The notes below the pieces were generated by a model. The model searched no databases. It saw only the letters and a program-made list of their open reading frames with translations, and was not told the origin of the DNA. The position numbers and the translations under genes were made by a program. From contig FLMG01002942.1 of NCBI GenBank assembly GCA_900088475.1, positions 2,510 through 66,509 of the forward strand: DNA of 64,000 bases, given 5' to 3'. Shown piece after piece: positions 39,701-53,927 of this stretch. Within the stretch, counting starts at the first letter, position 1. Every line of letters starts with the position of its first letter. The stretch is from Hyphochytrium catenoides (taxonomy: Eukaryota > Protista > Hyphochytriomycota).

Positions 39701-42297
39701 GTCTTGGCCATAAGTAGTAGCAGGCTTGTTCTTCTAACGCCTCGTGATGATGTTGTTATGGACCTACTAGTTCTACTCCGGCCTGTCCTCACCCCATCAC
39801 CACCTAGTAAGTAGAGGATGCTGCTGTGTGCCGGCATTAGCATCAGCGCCAGAGAAGAAGGACAAAGTGACGGAGGCGCCCTGGCTGACCACTCCGCAGC
39901 TCTTCGGTCATCAAGTTCCGTAGTGGTGTCAGGTCCGTCAGATGAGGGGAAACTGAGAGGGGGCACAATGTTTCACTGCGAAAGATTCCGTAGGTTTCCC
40001 TAATTTTCTTGCAAAAGTTTATTTAATTTTGTAACTTTCAGAGGAAACTTACAAAATGATCGGGCTGTATCTTTTTGGGAAGATTTTTCATCTGCCATCA
40101 GAGCAAAAAATCTTTCCCGCAACTTCTTTCACTGCCGCCGCCGCCTCCTGGGGCCTAGGGCTCTCGTCTTCAGATGACGACAGGAATCGCTTACTTAGTG
40201 TCTCCTCAGGCGGGAGCACTGATCTTGATAGCGGGCCCCGATAGCTTAATGAGGGCACCGTCTAGCCGTCCTATTGTGACCGCACGCAGCGGCAGCACCA
40301 CTGACCGCAGCGGCACCACCATCATGCTGTCCCAACTCTAGTTTGGACCTGTAAGCTCGCTCCGTACCTGCGGATCTTGAGCTCGCTGCTGCTGCGCCTG
40401 ACAGCAGTTTCGCAGAGAGCAACCAAACAATGGATTTATTGACTGTTGTTGTCAAGCAGCACGAGACAAACGAGGCAACAAGGATGATGATGGACCCTGG
40501 TGCATCGAAGCACCATGCTTCCTCGCTGCTACCGGGTTTTCCTTCTGCTTCCCAGAGGGCCCTGTCACAGTGCTGTGAGCTTCGAACCTGACATCCAAGC
40601 ATAGGTCCAACGCGTGCAGGCCACAGATGAGAGAGGGCACGGTTCTGATCAACAAGATGAAGGAAAAGGGACGGCCAAATATATTTGCTGAGGAGGCTCA
40701 GCGCGACGTCATAAGCGGCAGAAGTATCCAAACCTTAGATTATGCATCCTTTTTTTGCCTGAACTGACCACCGTCGGCCATACTTGGAACAGGAGTTCCC
40801 TCCTGGATCATTGCCCTTTCTAGTTGCTACATGTCCAGTCACATTGAGCTCTTTGGTTTATCATCGTCCCATTCTTTTATTCTGCGGTTGGGCTGACATA
40901 ATCTCTTTCTCCTTAGCCCATGAGCTACCATGCCCTTCTTTTCTTGGAGCAAATGTGTACAGTTCCTTCCAAAAAGTTCACTAGCTCCTAGCTGCCGATG
41001 CGGTCACCGTTGTCTAGAGCCATCAATCCCCTCACAAGAATCAAGGGCTCGCATACTTTGGCCCTGACTCCCTTCAGCGAACGGCACAAGTGACTCTCGT
41101 CAGTGTCGCGTCACATTGATAGCTGAGTAGGTAGAATGGCAAAGGCCAAACTGCTAAGCCGTTCGTTCGCTTATTCAGTGATACAAGGGGTCCCGGTCAT
41201 CTATTTTATGTTCCTATATATCAATATCAAGATGCTCTTTCTCCGTTGATGCAGATGATGCCTGCTAGTACGCTTGCACACAAGAAGAACTAGCTCACCG
41301 TTTATCATGCCCGAATGCCAAGTGAAAAGCCCAACAATGTCAGGCGAAAAACCTCCTTCTGAGTGAGGACTAAACATCTGCTTATGACTTAGAGAGTCGC
41401 AAATGACATATTGCCTGCTTCTCATCATGACTAGAGGACTATTAGTTCTTTCCTTGCGTTGGCAGTGCCTTGAGAGATTAAGCTCTACTGGGTCTTCGTA
41501 TATCACGTTTGAACCACGGAAGTACCTTCTACTACGCTACGTACCGTACTGCCTGCCACTTACCGACACTCCCGATAGCGTTGTACTGAAGATAAGCAGA
41601 GGGACTGTCCGAACTCTTTCCACAAACTTCCTTATCTCAAGAAAGGTGTCAGGCAGAGTGCAGCGCGTGTAGCAAGCCACATAGTTAGGCTAGAAAGGAA
41701 GTCGCCGTAGATCGCCCGTTGGCACTGCCAGCCACTGTAGCGCAGCAGCTAGACCACCTCTAATGACAGCTGGTCTCCACGTAATATGTCTCGTCCTTCA
41801 ATCAGCGCATGCTACCCAGTGGTTGCTGCTTGTCCTTCAAAGCTTGGTAATGGACCCATCCAGCTACAGCTACTACCCTGTCTTCATTGCATTCTCACAA
41901 AGCTGCATCTTTCTCTAGCAATAGTAATCCCGAAGAAGAAGCCTCTAGGGTTCTTGATTGACGGAGCAGCGTCCTAATAGAGAAGAAAGGGACTGCGCAT
42001 GGAGGAGGAGCCCCAAAGGACAGGAGACACGTTATTAGGGGATACCACTTTGTTGGAGGGCAATCGCTGTCATGGCAAAAAGTGTGGGTCAATTCTAGTT
42101 TATTGCTGATCCTTCCCTACCAGGCGGGCCATAAGAAGAGAGCCTATCATTGTGATAAAGCCTCCATCCATCACCACCTTCAAGCGCCCACCAGCACGAG
42201 GAGGGGTGGAAGAAGAGTCTTATGCGCCTATCCTACGTTATTCTAAGCTGCTTAATCAAGAGCAGGAAGTGCCGTCAGTGTACTTGGAAGCAGCATT

Positions 42298-43155
42298 CTA
42301 ATCCGTGGGTAACGGCAGCAGTAGGAGCTCTAATAGCGAAGCCTGTGGCTTCTCTACGGCTTGTTGGCTAGTGCAGAGGGTGCCGCCAAAAGCGTATAAC
42401 GTAGTCGGTAATGAAACGGCGCTGTTTGCCGAGCTCCTTCCTCGGTGGTGGTCAGGTTCCATGTCCTTGTCTCGTTGCCATGGCAGACAGCTTTTCACGG
42501 TTTGCTTGACGACGCTGGCGGCATCCAAATCTACGGCTTCTCCAACTAGGGCGGCGGGAGGATGATCAATTGGCGAAACCACAAGCGCTGCTGCTTCACT
42601 ATCCAGGCGGCGACTAGAAAGTTGGGGCGCTTTTTCCGTCGCAGCAAATCCTAGCATATTACTCTGTTGTCGTTCGTCCTCTGCCGTCAGCGGCAGGAAG
42701 AATTCGTCCCCTGCTGCACACCCTAATGAACTTTCATAGAGGGAAGAAGAAGAAGAGGAAGGCGAGCAGCAAATAACCTGTTCCTCTGATGGCTCCGCAG
42801 CTGCAAACTGGGCGGCGCAGCCACCGCTTCTCCATTTGCTCCCCCTGGAAAGTAAATCTTGACTCAAGTCGTGGTAGTGGTGGTGGTAGTTGACTTTGTT
42901 GCTTAACAGCCAAGCCTTACTCTGCAGAGAGGCAATGACTTGGGCCATTTCCTGAAGCATTTCAGAGGTCTTGAGGAGGACCGCCAACTGGCTCCGCTGG
43001 TCCCCGTAGCCCATCTCCGCAACTCGAGAACGTAAAATGTCGAAGGCATGGGCAATGCTTCTCATCACTCGCCTCTTCTCCCGTGTGTTATGGGCGGTCC
43101 GCTTCCTCTGAATATAGTCTGCATCTTGGGGATCCACTGTTCTTTTCCTTGGCAT
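42298..43155 (-). CDS. bHLH transcription factor paralog E (subfamily II), 285 aa
   Basis: ATG at 43155 (MPRKR, homologous to D). RKRTAHNTREKRRVMRSIAHAFDILR..MGYGDQRSQLAVLLKTSEML. Confidence 0.87.
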   Translation of the reverse strand: MPRKRTVDPQDADYIQRKRTAHNTREKRRVMRSIAHAFDILRSRVAEMGYGDQRSQLAVLLKTSEMLQEMAQVIASLQSKAWLLSNKVNYHHHYHDLSQDLLSRGSKWRSGGCAAQFAAAEPSEEQVICCSPSSSSSSLYESSLGCAAGDEFFLPLTAEDERQQSNMLGFAATEKAPQLSSRRLDSEAAALVVSPIDHPPAALVGEAVDLDAASVVKQTVKSCLPWQRDKDMEPDHHRGRSSANSAVSLPTTLYAFGGTLCTSQQAVEKPQASLLELLLLPLPTD

Positions 43156-46100
43156 GTTCCACAACAGCAAATAACAGAAAAAGGAGAGCTAGTCGAGCAC
43201 CGCCACGCACCGCGGACTCTACTTCTACAGCATAATGCGGGAGAAAAGCACCGGAACAACAGCTATGAGAGTAGTTAAGATAGCTCTGAGGAGCACGATG
43301 GAAGACTGTGAGCTTCTCAACAACAACTAACCCTAAGGATCCCACGTTCGCTGATCTAAACCTATTGCTGACTGCGGTGAAAACTGTCAAGATCTTTTGC
43401 ATCGCATCTGGTTATTGCTTTATGACAAAAAGGCAGGATGAGAAGTCTCCATTTCTGTGACTATTCCTTCATCAGTATAACTAGGACTTTCTCTTTTGAA
43501 AGGGAACCGAAAGCGAAGCCGTCAGCAGAGAATCCGCGACAAAGTAGTTAGTTCTCCATTCTCCTTGCTGCTGGCTAGTAGCAGCCTCTCCTCTGGGCAT
43601 GGCGCTGTGCTATTCGAAGTATTTGGGGAAGAAGAGAAAGATAAAAAGTAGTGTCAATACCAAAGGTCAAAATAGAAGAGAGCACGGCCCCTAGGCTCCT
43701 CGCTCCTCTTGGCTTCTCATCTTCTTCTGCAGGCCCACTAGCAACGGTCATAGAGTAAAGGCTGCCCTCATAAAGATTCCTGCTACCGTGCGACAACAAG
43801 CGACCGGTAAAGGCGAAGAAAGGCAACCCGCCATGATGAGGCAACGCTTTCAGCTGTAGGATGAAGGATCCACATAATCGTAACAGTGAGCGCGTACAAG
43901 TGGTGGAGGCTGTGCTTTTGCGGTTGATGAGGCCAGTAGTGCTAAAGGAGGGGCGCTGATGATGAGAGAGTTCGATTGCGAAGCTACTACCACTCTGTGT
44001 CTCCTTACTTTCGCCACCACGGAGTAAGAAAGAACCTGCTATGGCGACTTGCTGGCAGGTACTGCTGAGCGAGATCGTGTGGCTCATTGTTATTAACAGG
44101 GACAAGTGGTCAACGAGTGGCATTCCCCCCGCCCACAGTCACCTGCGAGATCACTGCCAGTAAGAAAGGGGAAAGCGAGGGCAGAAGCATGGAGAAGCTA
44201 ATGATGGGTGACCAAAAGCTAGATGCTCACTTGTCAGACCCTTCTCAATCATGGCTCAAAGCTCTAACTCAGCTTGGTCAAATAAAGCAATGTGTCAGGC
44301 ACGGTGCCTCTTCCTTGCAGGTATATTGGTTGTCTGACAGCAATAAGCCAAGAACCTGCTAGGAATGTCTTTTCTACTCTTCTAATCCTTGCATGATGCC
44401 TTTTGTTGTCTCTTCCTCCTCCTGGGAAGAAGGAAACTCCTCCTTCCTCCTTTTCAACTTCTGTCACCATCAACAAAGCTGCATAATAAGAAGAGAGGAA
44501 CTGCAGGAGGTATGACGGGGGAATCATTGGACAATCGATGAAGGCCAAGTTAAGAGGAAGAACCAGGGCAAGGAAAGAGCGATCAGATCATCAGTCCATC
44601 TCTTGTCGAACAATGGCTCCTTCAGGCCCAAGACTCATAATAACTGCACTGTTATTATCTTAGGGCTGCGTCTGTGTGGATGACTGTCCGTAACACAGAG
44701 GACCAGAAACCGCCCCTTTGGAACTTTATTGACATAGAAAAGGGTCACTCTTTGGAGAACCAACTTCGCCCACCCATCCTAGTGACCCCCGTCCTCCGGC
44801 AGCATGAATTGGATTTTATCATCCACCCGCACGCCTACGAGCCCTGTGGACAAGCGAGCTATATCTGCCTACCCCATGCTAATCCCATTACGCAGTACTG
44901 GGCGTGGAGAGCATAGATATAAAATGAGCCTGACAAACAAGAAAAGCCCTTAGTTGTCGCAATAAAGTCTGAGTACATTATAACCAGTAAACCACAGCTT
45001 ATTATACGATCCACGTAAAAGTTATCACTTGCTTTAGGTATTGTATCCTCCTCTTCTTGTCGCATCCCGTGCCCATCTAAGCATAGAATGGGCCGCTCTC
45101 TTCGACTGCTGCAGCTGCAGGAAGGCCACTTAACGTCGGCAATTCTTTTTTCCTTAGATTGTCGGTATCCATTGACTGGAAAATGCCAGCCATGTTATTA
45201 GTAAGGACGACACCTCATGGCGCCCCATAGTATGCTATGGGGATAATAGGTCATGAGTTTTCATACTAATAATAACTGCAGCTTGCTCCTCTAAAGGGAA
45301 GGAATTGGAGCAACAGTCTAGGGCCTGCTATTATTATAGAACTAATAGTAGGCGCTGTCAAGTCATCAGTCGTGAAAAAAAACAGAAAGTGGAGCAGAAG
45401 CAGTGACTGCGGGAACCTTGGTGTCCCATTTTGCATCATCATTCTTCCCTCTTCTCTTTGCTGTCATCACTTCTACTGAGTCCACCCACCGTGAGTCCAA
45501 AGGCGGCCACAGCCACCGCAGTCCAAAAAGTGAGAACAGAGTCGGTTGAATGGAGGATCCTCAGCCTGACGCTCCTTTCTTGTCGGCTGGAGCCGCGCCG
45601 AACTGGTTCTCATGGCTGTCCCACCACGTCATCCTTACTCCTTGTGTTCTTATCACAAGAGAGAAAACTTCACGACGGATCTTTTACTGTTGGTGAGACA
45701 GACGTTTGTAAGAACCATCGAATCTTCTTGGTAAGCACACGCCTTCCGCCCTTAGCTACCTGGTTGGCTTAAAGGCCGGGCATCCTTGCCTCATAATAGC
45801 AACGCCTTCATTATTATTACTTCACGTCTTCAGTAGTTAAAGAAACGATACAAAAAACTTCTGCTCTCGGCCCCAATCCGTGCTTTGACATAGTACCAGG
45901 ACACCTCGGAGGGTGGTCCACAGAGCCAGCTATCATAAAGTAGTGTTATGGCTTATTATAATTGATGAAACGCGGAGGGTGGAGGTTAGCTTTTATCTGC
46001 AGTGATCCGTTCGCATCATCCTACTTTATATAAAGCGTTGACTACTGGTGATAGACCTCCTTGCCACCACCTGCCAAAGCTTCGCCTTTTTTCCTAACTT

Positions 46101-47233
46101 ATGGCTGCAGAGCAAAGCTGTCGCACTTTCTTCTCTACTACCATGCCAGCCAGCAGCACCTACTACTACGACGGCACCGCATCATCATCGGATTCCACAT
46201 ACGGACATTCAACAAAGAAGCTATCATCAATCCTATCGCTAGAAGAGTAGTGATGTCTCCTGATGACTGCCACACCACCACCTCGTCCAGTTGGTTCTGC
46301 AGATGTGAAGTATGATGCACTGGTGTTATGCAACGACATGAGAGGCCTATCATAATAAACACGACCTTTCAGCAATAATAATCCTTGCACGTAGAAAGCA
46401 TTTTTCATCTCCTTTTCTTGGCATAGGCGGGGCCTTTCTTCCTACGCTGCTGCCTCCCTGTTGGTCGTGCATGTACCCTAGGCGTAGACGCTCCATACAT
46501 GTACCATACATCCGTATAGTATGGATGATGCTGGCCATCATTATCCTTCCGGACCTTGGCATTGCAGAGGACGTAGGCTGTTATCAGACCGAGACTCTTA
46601 CCACGTGCTCCATTTGCTGACAGCAGGAGGAGAAGGCCGGCGGTAGACTGTGGGACGACTTATTTGGGGCTCATACAGCATGTCCAACACTTCGAGGCTC
46701 GCACAGCGTGTAAGAGGTATCAAACTTATTACCTTTTAGACGTGACATGATCTTCCGTATCATAGGACCATGCAGGCATTTCCCCTCATCATGATCTTCA
46801 CGTTACGCTTCTTCTCGGTCGACACCCAAGTCACACCTCTAGTAATGAGGTGCGATGCAGAAAAAGTTCTACGGATCAAGAGCGGCCTTTCTGGAGGTGG
46901 ACTAGTCTCATGATGCCTTCTGCTATCACATCAGAACCGTAGGCGCGTAACCAGCTAGGATCTTGCTTGCTCTCTTCTATTGCCGCTTACATCTCCGTGG
47001 CTGAGCCAGAAAGCTCCACTTGTCGGCTTGCTTCTTCTCTTTGTTATAGGGCAAGCTTGGCAGACAACGAGAAGTACCTAGCGACACAGTCAATATCTCC
47101 CGTGACTTGTCGCTTAATGGGTCTTATTATTATGGCGTTTTCCTCTGTCTTTCTGTCTTATTAGTGATACATGATCCTCATACGACTTTTAATCCTGCCT
47201 TATTAGGAGGACCATAAGGTGCTCTCTTTGCTC

Positions 47234-47875
47234 TCAGAGAGGAAAGAAGTCCTCGGTCGTGTCGGAGCTAAGCTGTGGCAGGGTTCCATCATCAACCCGT
47301 CCTGCGTCAGTCAATAGCGCAAGACAAGTCATCAACTGTGCATTTGATGACAATTGCTCCTCATCCTCTCCGTAGTATTCAACCTCTGCACTAACGGCAT
47401 CGCAGCTATTGCTACCGCCGTTGCTGCTGCTATCGTCCTCACCACTGCTCCCTGCTGCTTCTTCCTCTTGCTGGCTGCTTAGATGATGCCCGTACTGGCA
47501 ACTCATCAAGGTCTCCTCGTACTGCTTGCTCAGGTTGTGCTCATACTGCTGCTCGTTGGTCATGTGATGCAAGGACTGCCAAGAGACTTCTCGGTGCGCT
47601 GCTGCCTCAGATGTGCCAATCGTAGTGGTGGTAGGGATGCTCTGCTGCAGTATTTCTATGGTGTGAGAGAGGTCCTGCACCATATGTACAGTTTGGGCTA
47701 AGACGGCAAGCTGGCTACGTTGATCTCCATAGCCCATCACAGACAACTGCTCTCGCAGAATAGCAAATGCTGCGGCAATTCCTCTGACACGGCGCTTTTC
47801 CCTGTCATTGTGCTTAGAGCGCTTCCTCTGGACGTACTCCGGATCCCCTCTATTCACACTGCGCTTTCGGGCCAT
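47234..47875 (-). CDS. bHLH transcription factor paralog F (subfamily II), 213 aa from MARKR (an upstream in-frame ATG at 48040 is possible)
   Basis: RKRSKHNDREKRRVRGIAAAFAILR..MGYGDQRSQLAVLAQTVHMV and an acidic C-terminus. Confidence 0.87.
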   Translation of the reverse strand: MARKRSVNRGDPEYVQRKRSKHNDREKRRVRGIAAAFAILREQLSVMGYGDQRSQLAVLAQTVHMVQDLSHTIEILQQSIPTTTTIGTSEAAAHREVSWQSLHHMTNEQQYEHNLSKQYEETLMSCQYGHHLSSQQEEEAAGSSGEDDSSSNGGSNSCDAVSAEVEYYGEDEEQLSSNAQLMTCLALLTDAGRVDDGTLPQLSSDTTEDFFPL

Positions 47876-49632
47876 GGTTGTGAGAAAGATGTAATTCGCT
47901 TCTGTGTAGCTGTGAAGCGAGCTCCTTGAAGACGCTACTTCGTTGGGGCCAGAAAGAAGTGTGTCGACTTTATAATTTGAGCTTAGTTCTTGGTTGGCCA
48001 GACTGGTCTGATCAGAAAATTGGCCAGGATAAAGGTGCATGGAGTGTTCTTCTTAGGGTCTCCCTGTGTGATCCTTTCCAGCCCTGACATCCGCTGCTGC
48101 TGCTGGTTTTTCCTCCACCACTGGACTAACTACTATCTGAGTTGGTCTTTCCAGAAAGATGACAGAGGAGGACTACTTTTGCTGAGAGTGAGAAGTAGAT
48201 GCTTCCTCTTTTCTCCGTCTTTCTCGCCAGTGCGGCGTTAGTGGTCAAGACCAGCCACCCTAGTACATAGCTAGATCTGGAGCTGCTTATTATAGTCAAT
48301 GATGGAGATTGATAAACAGTGTCGTGGCGTTACGGCCGCTGCTGCACAGATTAGAAGGCTTCTGACGAATGGTAAGAACCGGTGGGTGCCTGCCGCATCC
48401 AACTCCTTTCGAAGACAAGCATGTAGCCCCTAGCGGAAGAATAGGAAATGAAGATGATGAGGTACAATCACCATGATAGCTCACCGAAGAGTTAATATTA
48501 GCCGCGCGGCAAAGCGTGACAACCGTGGCGGTCGGCGGCGGCGTACAGCAGCAGAGCTTAAAGAAATAGCTCGCAGCGAGGCAAGGAGGAAAAGGTACTC
48601 TTCCGGATCTAACGCTTAACTAACGATGAGTAATATGTCTAGCAGTTCCTTCTTGTATAGTCATTGCCCTTCTTCGTGCGATGTCCACCACTTCTCCGCT
48701 GCGCGAGAGAGAAGAGGTTCTCGCTGTGGAAGGAAGGAAGGAAGGAGAGCATGAGTCAGCGCACCCGACTGCAGGAACAGCCAAGAGAAAGAGAGGATCG
48801 CTTCACTGCTAATAAGTGACTCTGTCAAAAGTCTGTATGCTGGGCGCAGTATGAGAGACAAGTGCTCCGCTTGGTAACAAACCACCTCATAATATCGCTC
48901 CCCACTCTTTACTGAGCCTGCCATCCACATTGTAAGATGCACGTGATGATGGGAAGAAGGGCTGCTGCGGGTTCGGTCCTAATGGATAGCTCCCTTCAAC
49001 AAAGTTCTTCATCCTTCTTTTCAATTTTCCTGGCCTTCCGTCTCCGGCATTTGTCCCGGGTCACACATTTTATAGAAGCTGGAGAAGAGGAAAAATCTTC
49101 TTACCTCTTCTCCCTCTTCGCCTTCCTTCTTGACAAATCAGGTAGATGCAGCAAAGTGGCACAAGGGATAGAGAGCTCGCAACGCAGAGCAAGTAGGCCA
49201 AGATTAATTGGAAGTGGTGGGAAGGTCGACGAAGAAGTGTCTGTCTCTTTTCTTCTCTCTCAGAGACATGTCCAATCCAAGGTTGACGTTCTGGCTCTTC
49301 GATGATTCATACGGGCCCTTTTCTCCGCTGTTAACCTTTGATTGGTAACCTCCTCCGTGGCGTACCAGGCTTATACCGTGGGTCGCCTGGCCGCATGACA
49401 AAGCACCGCTGTCGTCTGAGCTGCTGTGCAGGCCGTAGATCTATTATGCAAAGTAGCAGGAGCAGGTAGCTAGTGAGGCGGTCTTTGACCATGAGCTTTC
49501 CCCTTCCTTCCCGCCTGTCTCCATGTTGCTCTTTCTCCTTCACATCCCCTGCTCTGAGAAAACATGGGACTTCACTCCTGAATGTCCCTCTCTTGGACGG
49601 AGAGATTCCCACTTCGCACCACTGCCTAATAA

Positions 49633-50600
49633 AAGGGCTGAGAACCAAGAGAAGAGGAGAGTTAACAAGTTCTGATGATGTCATTGGACCTGATGCATGG
49701 AGAGAGGCAGATCAGAACAAGATGGCAGAAGGTACTCCCAGCGATGGCGGTTAGCAGCGCTCGTTTCTTAGTGGCGTACTTATGCTTGATAACTTCTTGT
49801 CCTTCTTCTGCATTTCTTTTCTTCCGCTTGGTCAGTGAGGAGCAGGGGGCAACGTGTGGACGAGATCTATCTTTCTATCTCCTTGGGCGGCCAGAGCAGA
49901 GCGCGCGGGAGAACGGGCAAAGAACATAGACTTAGATGTATGGGTGTGCCGCTTGATGCCAAGGCCGTGGATGGGGGAGAGGCAGCACTAAACGAGATGA
50001 TCGAGAAGAAGGAGAGAAGCCAATGCGGAACAAAGACGAAGAAGGTAAGGAAACGGTGCAGTCGTTCGATGAGGATGAGATGATGGCGAGCAATAGCTTT
50101 TAAAGCAATTTAAGGGTTGAGAACCAAGCGAAGAGGAAAGTTAACACGTTCTGATGATGTCATTGGACGTGATGGAGAAAGGCAGATCAGAACAAGATGG
50201 CAAAAGGTACTCCCAGCGATGGCGGTTAGCGGGGCTGCTCGTTTCTTAGTGGCGTACTTGTGCTTGATATCTTCTTGTCCTTCTGCACTGCGCTTCTTTT
50301 GTTCCGCTTGGTCAATCAGTGGGAGAGAGCAGGGCAACGTGTGGACGAGAAGATGGTCTCTCTCATTCTTTCTCTTTGTGCCAGCAGGGCACAGCGAGTG
50401 GGAGAACGGGCAAAGAACATAGACTTAGATATATGGGTGTGCCGCTTGATGCTAAGGCCGTGGGTGGTGGAGGCAGCACTAAAGAGAGAAGATCGAGAAG
50501 AAGGAGAGAAGCCAATGCGGAACAAAGACGAAGAATCGTAAGGAAAACGGTGCAGTCGCTCAATGAGGATGGCATGATGGCGAGCAATAGCTTTAAGCAA
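49633..50600. repeat. Tandem duplication of a ~480 bp unit (49633-50108, 50112-50600)
   Basis: Both units start aaggg(c/t)tgagaaccaag and end caatagcttt..aagcaa, with many small indels between them. Confidence 0.92.
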
Positions 50601-51859
50601 ATACGAGTGGTAGGGAAGAACCATACGAGACAGCTTAACGTCGTGTTCTTGTCTCTTCTTCCTGAGGCTTATTAGCACTACTTTCTTTAACAGGAGTGCT
50701 TAGAAGTAGTAGTCTTTCTGCAGCTCAAGCCAGCAACTATTAGCCTTTAGACGCATAAGCCACGACTTGATGGACGGACAAGGCCGAGGTAGCGACAAGA
50801 ACAGAGTGCTGGCAAGTGCACTAACACCAGCTGCTGCCGCTACTCCTCGCTGTTATGACGAGCAGACATGGGCGAATCATCATAGACAAAGGGAGCGGAA
50901 AGAAGAAGAGGCCCTGCTGCAAGGAAGGGGGTCACAGTTTTCTGATCGCCACTGTCATGCAGGCGCTGGTGGTGGTGGTGCTTTGCTGCTGCAGCTGGCG
51001 TCCAATTTCTTGGCCAAGTTGTTGATAGTTCTCACCAGCAGCGGGGATGCTTGATACTATTTGGGGCCACCACCATGTGGTAGGCCTCTGTCTCTCGGCT
51101 GTCCCACTCACTGCTGCCCGGGTATTATTCTTCTCAAGAGAAGCAAGCAACGAGAGCTCAGGAAGGTGGTGGGAAGTCAGAAGGAACAGAGTCGATGATC
51201 GGTGTGGCCGTTCTTTCTCCTCACACGTTCCCACCAAAGCAGCGATTTTGAAGGTTTGGTGGTGCTGAGCAGGATATGAGAAGAAGAGGAAGGTAAAAGA
51301 GAGCGAAGGGGAGGGTACTCTACCAGTCAGAGATGAGAAAGAGGGGGTGGTTCCTCTCTTCTTCGCTGGCTGCTTTTCCTCATCGTCTTCATGCGGGCAA
51401 CGCACGTCGTTCTTTCCACCACCACCACCACCAGCCTTAGATAGTAAGTATGCTCTCCCGTCCTTGTTGCATCTCATGACTCCACCGCTGCTGCTGCTGT
51501 TCTTTCTTCATTGTCCTCCCATGATAAGGATGGTGGCAAAGCAGGCGAGCCGAAGCCAACGACGAGGAAGAAGAGCCATAGTTTAGCTGACTATTGTCTA
51601 GGAGGAGGCTAGGGAACGAGAGAAAGGGAACAAGAGATGACTCCAACTCTCCTTGGCACTCACTAACTGATTATCTCTTACGTTATGCGACAACATTAGG
51701 ATAGTTCTTGTGTTGCTTTCGCTGGCGGGACGGTTGCACCTTTCCTCACCGCGATCTAGAGTATAAATCAAAGGAGATGTGCAATACCCAATCTATTGAA
51801 TCTTCACCGATTCTGAACAATACAACTATTACAAGAGAAGAGACCCAAGACCCCCTCGT

Positions 51860-51948
51860 TCTCTCTCTCTCTCTCTCTCTCACTCTGACTCCATCCCTCT
51901 CTCTCTCTCTTTCGTTCTCTCTCTCTTCTCTCTCTCTTTCTCTCTCCT

Positions 51949-51991
<43 letters not shown>

Positions 51992-52245
51992 CCCTCCCTC
52001 TCTGACTCTTTCTCTCTCTCTGACTGCCTCGCTCTCTTTCTCTCTTTCTCTCTCCCTCTTTCTCTCTCCTCCAGCTCTCTCTCTCTCTCTACCTCTCTTT
52101 CTCCCTCTTTCTCTCTCCTGCCCCTCTCCCTATCTCTCTCTCCCCGTTCCCCCTCTCTATCTCTCACTGTCTCCTCCCCCCCACTTCTCTCTCTCTCCCT
52201 CTGCCTCCACTTTTTTCTCACTCTTCCCTCTCGCCCTTTTCTCAT
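51860..52245. repeat. Imperfect (CT)n microsatellite / polypyrimidine tract
   Basis: Read directly. Confidence 0.95.
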
Positions 52246-53927
52246 CAGCAGTCATGGGTCATGGCTGCTGCTTCTCTTTTTTCCCAGTCATTCCACGCTT
52301 GTACCTTCTTTGTCTTCTTCCTCAACACGTGCTTCTTTCTTCCTCCTCTCCTGCTGCTTGCGTCGCTGTCGTCTCCAGATCGTTTTCCCTTCTTCCCGCT
52401 CCCGGCCTCGCTCAGAAGGTCATGACTCTTCTATCTTCCTTCGTGGGCCTAGGACGGAGCGAGCGGTGATCTCATTAGTACGCCACCGCTCTTCTTTGTT
52501 GCGTCACTCAACGTGTTGTCTCAATGACTAGACGCCTTTATTTCTCCCACAATCATGCCGGTCATTCGCCGGTCTTGCTTGGTAAACTAGTGTCCATCGT
52601 CCTTCACCACTTCCGTTCTTATTGCTGCTTAATATGCGTGAAGGTGGCCGAGCCGATGATGCCGCTTCCTGGTGGCAATCCTTGTACCCTGTCAGGCTTG
52701 GCGAACCACGCCAACAAATTGTCTTCTCCTATTTGCCGCGCCAGCAGCGGCAGATGAATTTTTTCCGGCTGCCGGCCGGCCTACTGTTTACTTACTCGTT
52801 CTCATCCTTCTCCCCTTAGTCCGAAGTGAAAGCAGCAGATGTGAGTAAGAAGCAGCAGCGAGTACCCGCAGATAAAATTCATTCTAGATGCTGCTGGGAC
52901 GAACCGGCGAAGCAAGCTATTACTCCCTATCAAGCAGCTCACCCACCTCTTATTGCTCAGCAGCGAGGGCAGAGACGGGACAGATAGATGCCTGGGAGGA
53001 AGAGGTAATGGGAAGGAGCATGATCCATCCTCCATCCCCTTGGTAATGGTAGAGCAAACTCCTCACGACGGTAATGCATCGTGCTAGACGGAAAGCAGTG
53101 GCTTACCGACGAGATACATTGTTCTTCTTCATCACTATTTACCGAGAACCACTAGTATGACAGGCGCTAACAAATGGATTGATTGGCCCTATCAAGGAAG
53201 AAAGGCTCAGTGCATCACTGCCTTCAGTAAACGCATTCATCCTGTTCTTCCCTTGTTATTCTGTTCAGCCTGCCAGCACTCCTGACGTAGCATGCTGTCC
53301 ATATTATGCGAACAACAGCAGCCAATGGCAGTTAGCAGTTTTCTGCAGCGGCCTATTATTAGTCTTCTCCTTCTGGTCAACAATAAAGAGAAGATTCAAG
53401 GCCATGATAATGGGCATGAGATCTGCTGTCTTTTCGCAGATATGGCCGACGGCACACATCAAGCCTCGTGGCGGGAAGGAGTTGACTCATAAGAGGCGCG
53501 TCTCGCTATAATAATAGGACAGTGGCGGTGTATTCGACTACTCGGCAGCACTGACTCTATTTCCAGCAGTTAGAGGAATTAGAGAAGAGGATGATATTTC
53601 TTTCAAAGGTAAGGACAAGCAGTTCTAATGTTTGAGAGTTAGTTAGATTGTCTCAAAGTGCAGGCAGCGACAGCCTTTGTGTTGCCAGCCACTCCCTACT
53701 ACCGATCGTATTGACAGGTGACTACGCGCCCTTCAGACCTTGGTTTCTCTAGATGACAGTCATCTCCTTAGTCATCTGTGCTGCTATGGGTATATTAGGA
53801 TGTTTGACACCAGTGCGTGGCTTGTGCTTGTCCTCAATAGAGAGGTGGTGGTGGTGCTCCTTGCTTAAGCTGAAGCTGTGGCTAGTTGCCCGTAGCGAGC
53901 TCTCCTCCTGACATACCTCGACTCTTA

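Noticed and set aside
51880-52245. Arg/Glu- and Ser/Leu-rich ORFs (also at 7.6-7.9, 21.9-23.0 kb)
   Set aside because: Translations of GA/CT microsatellites.
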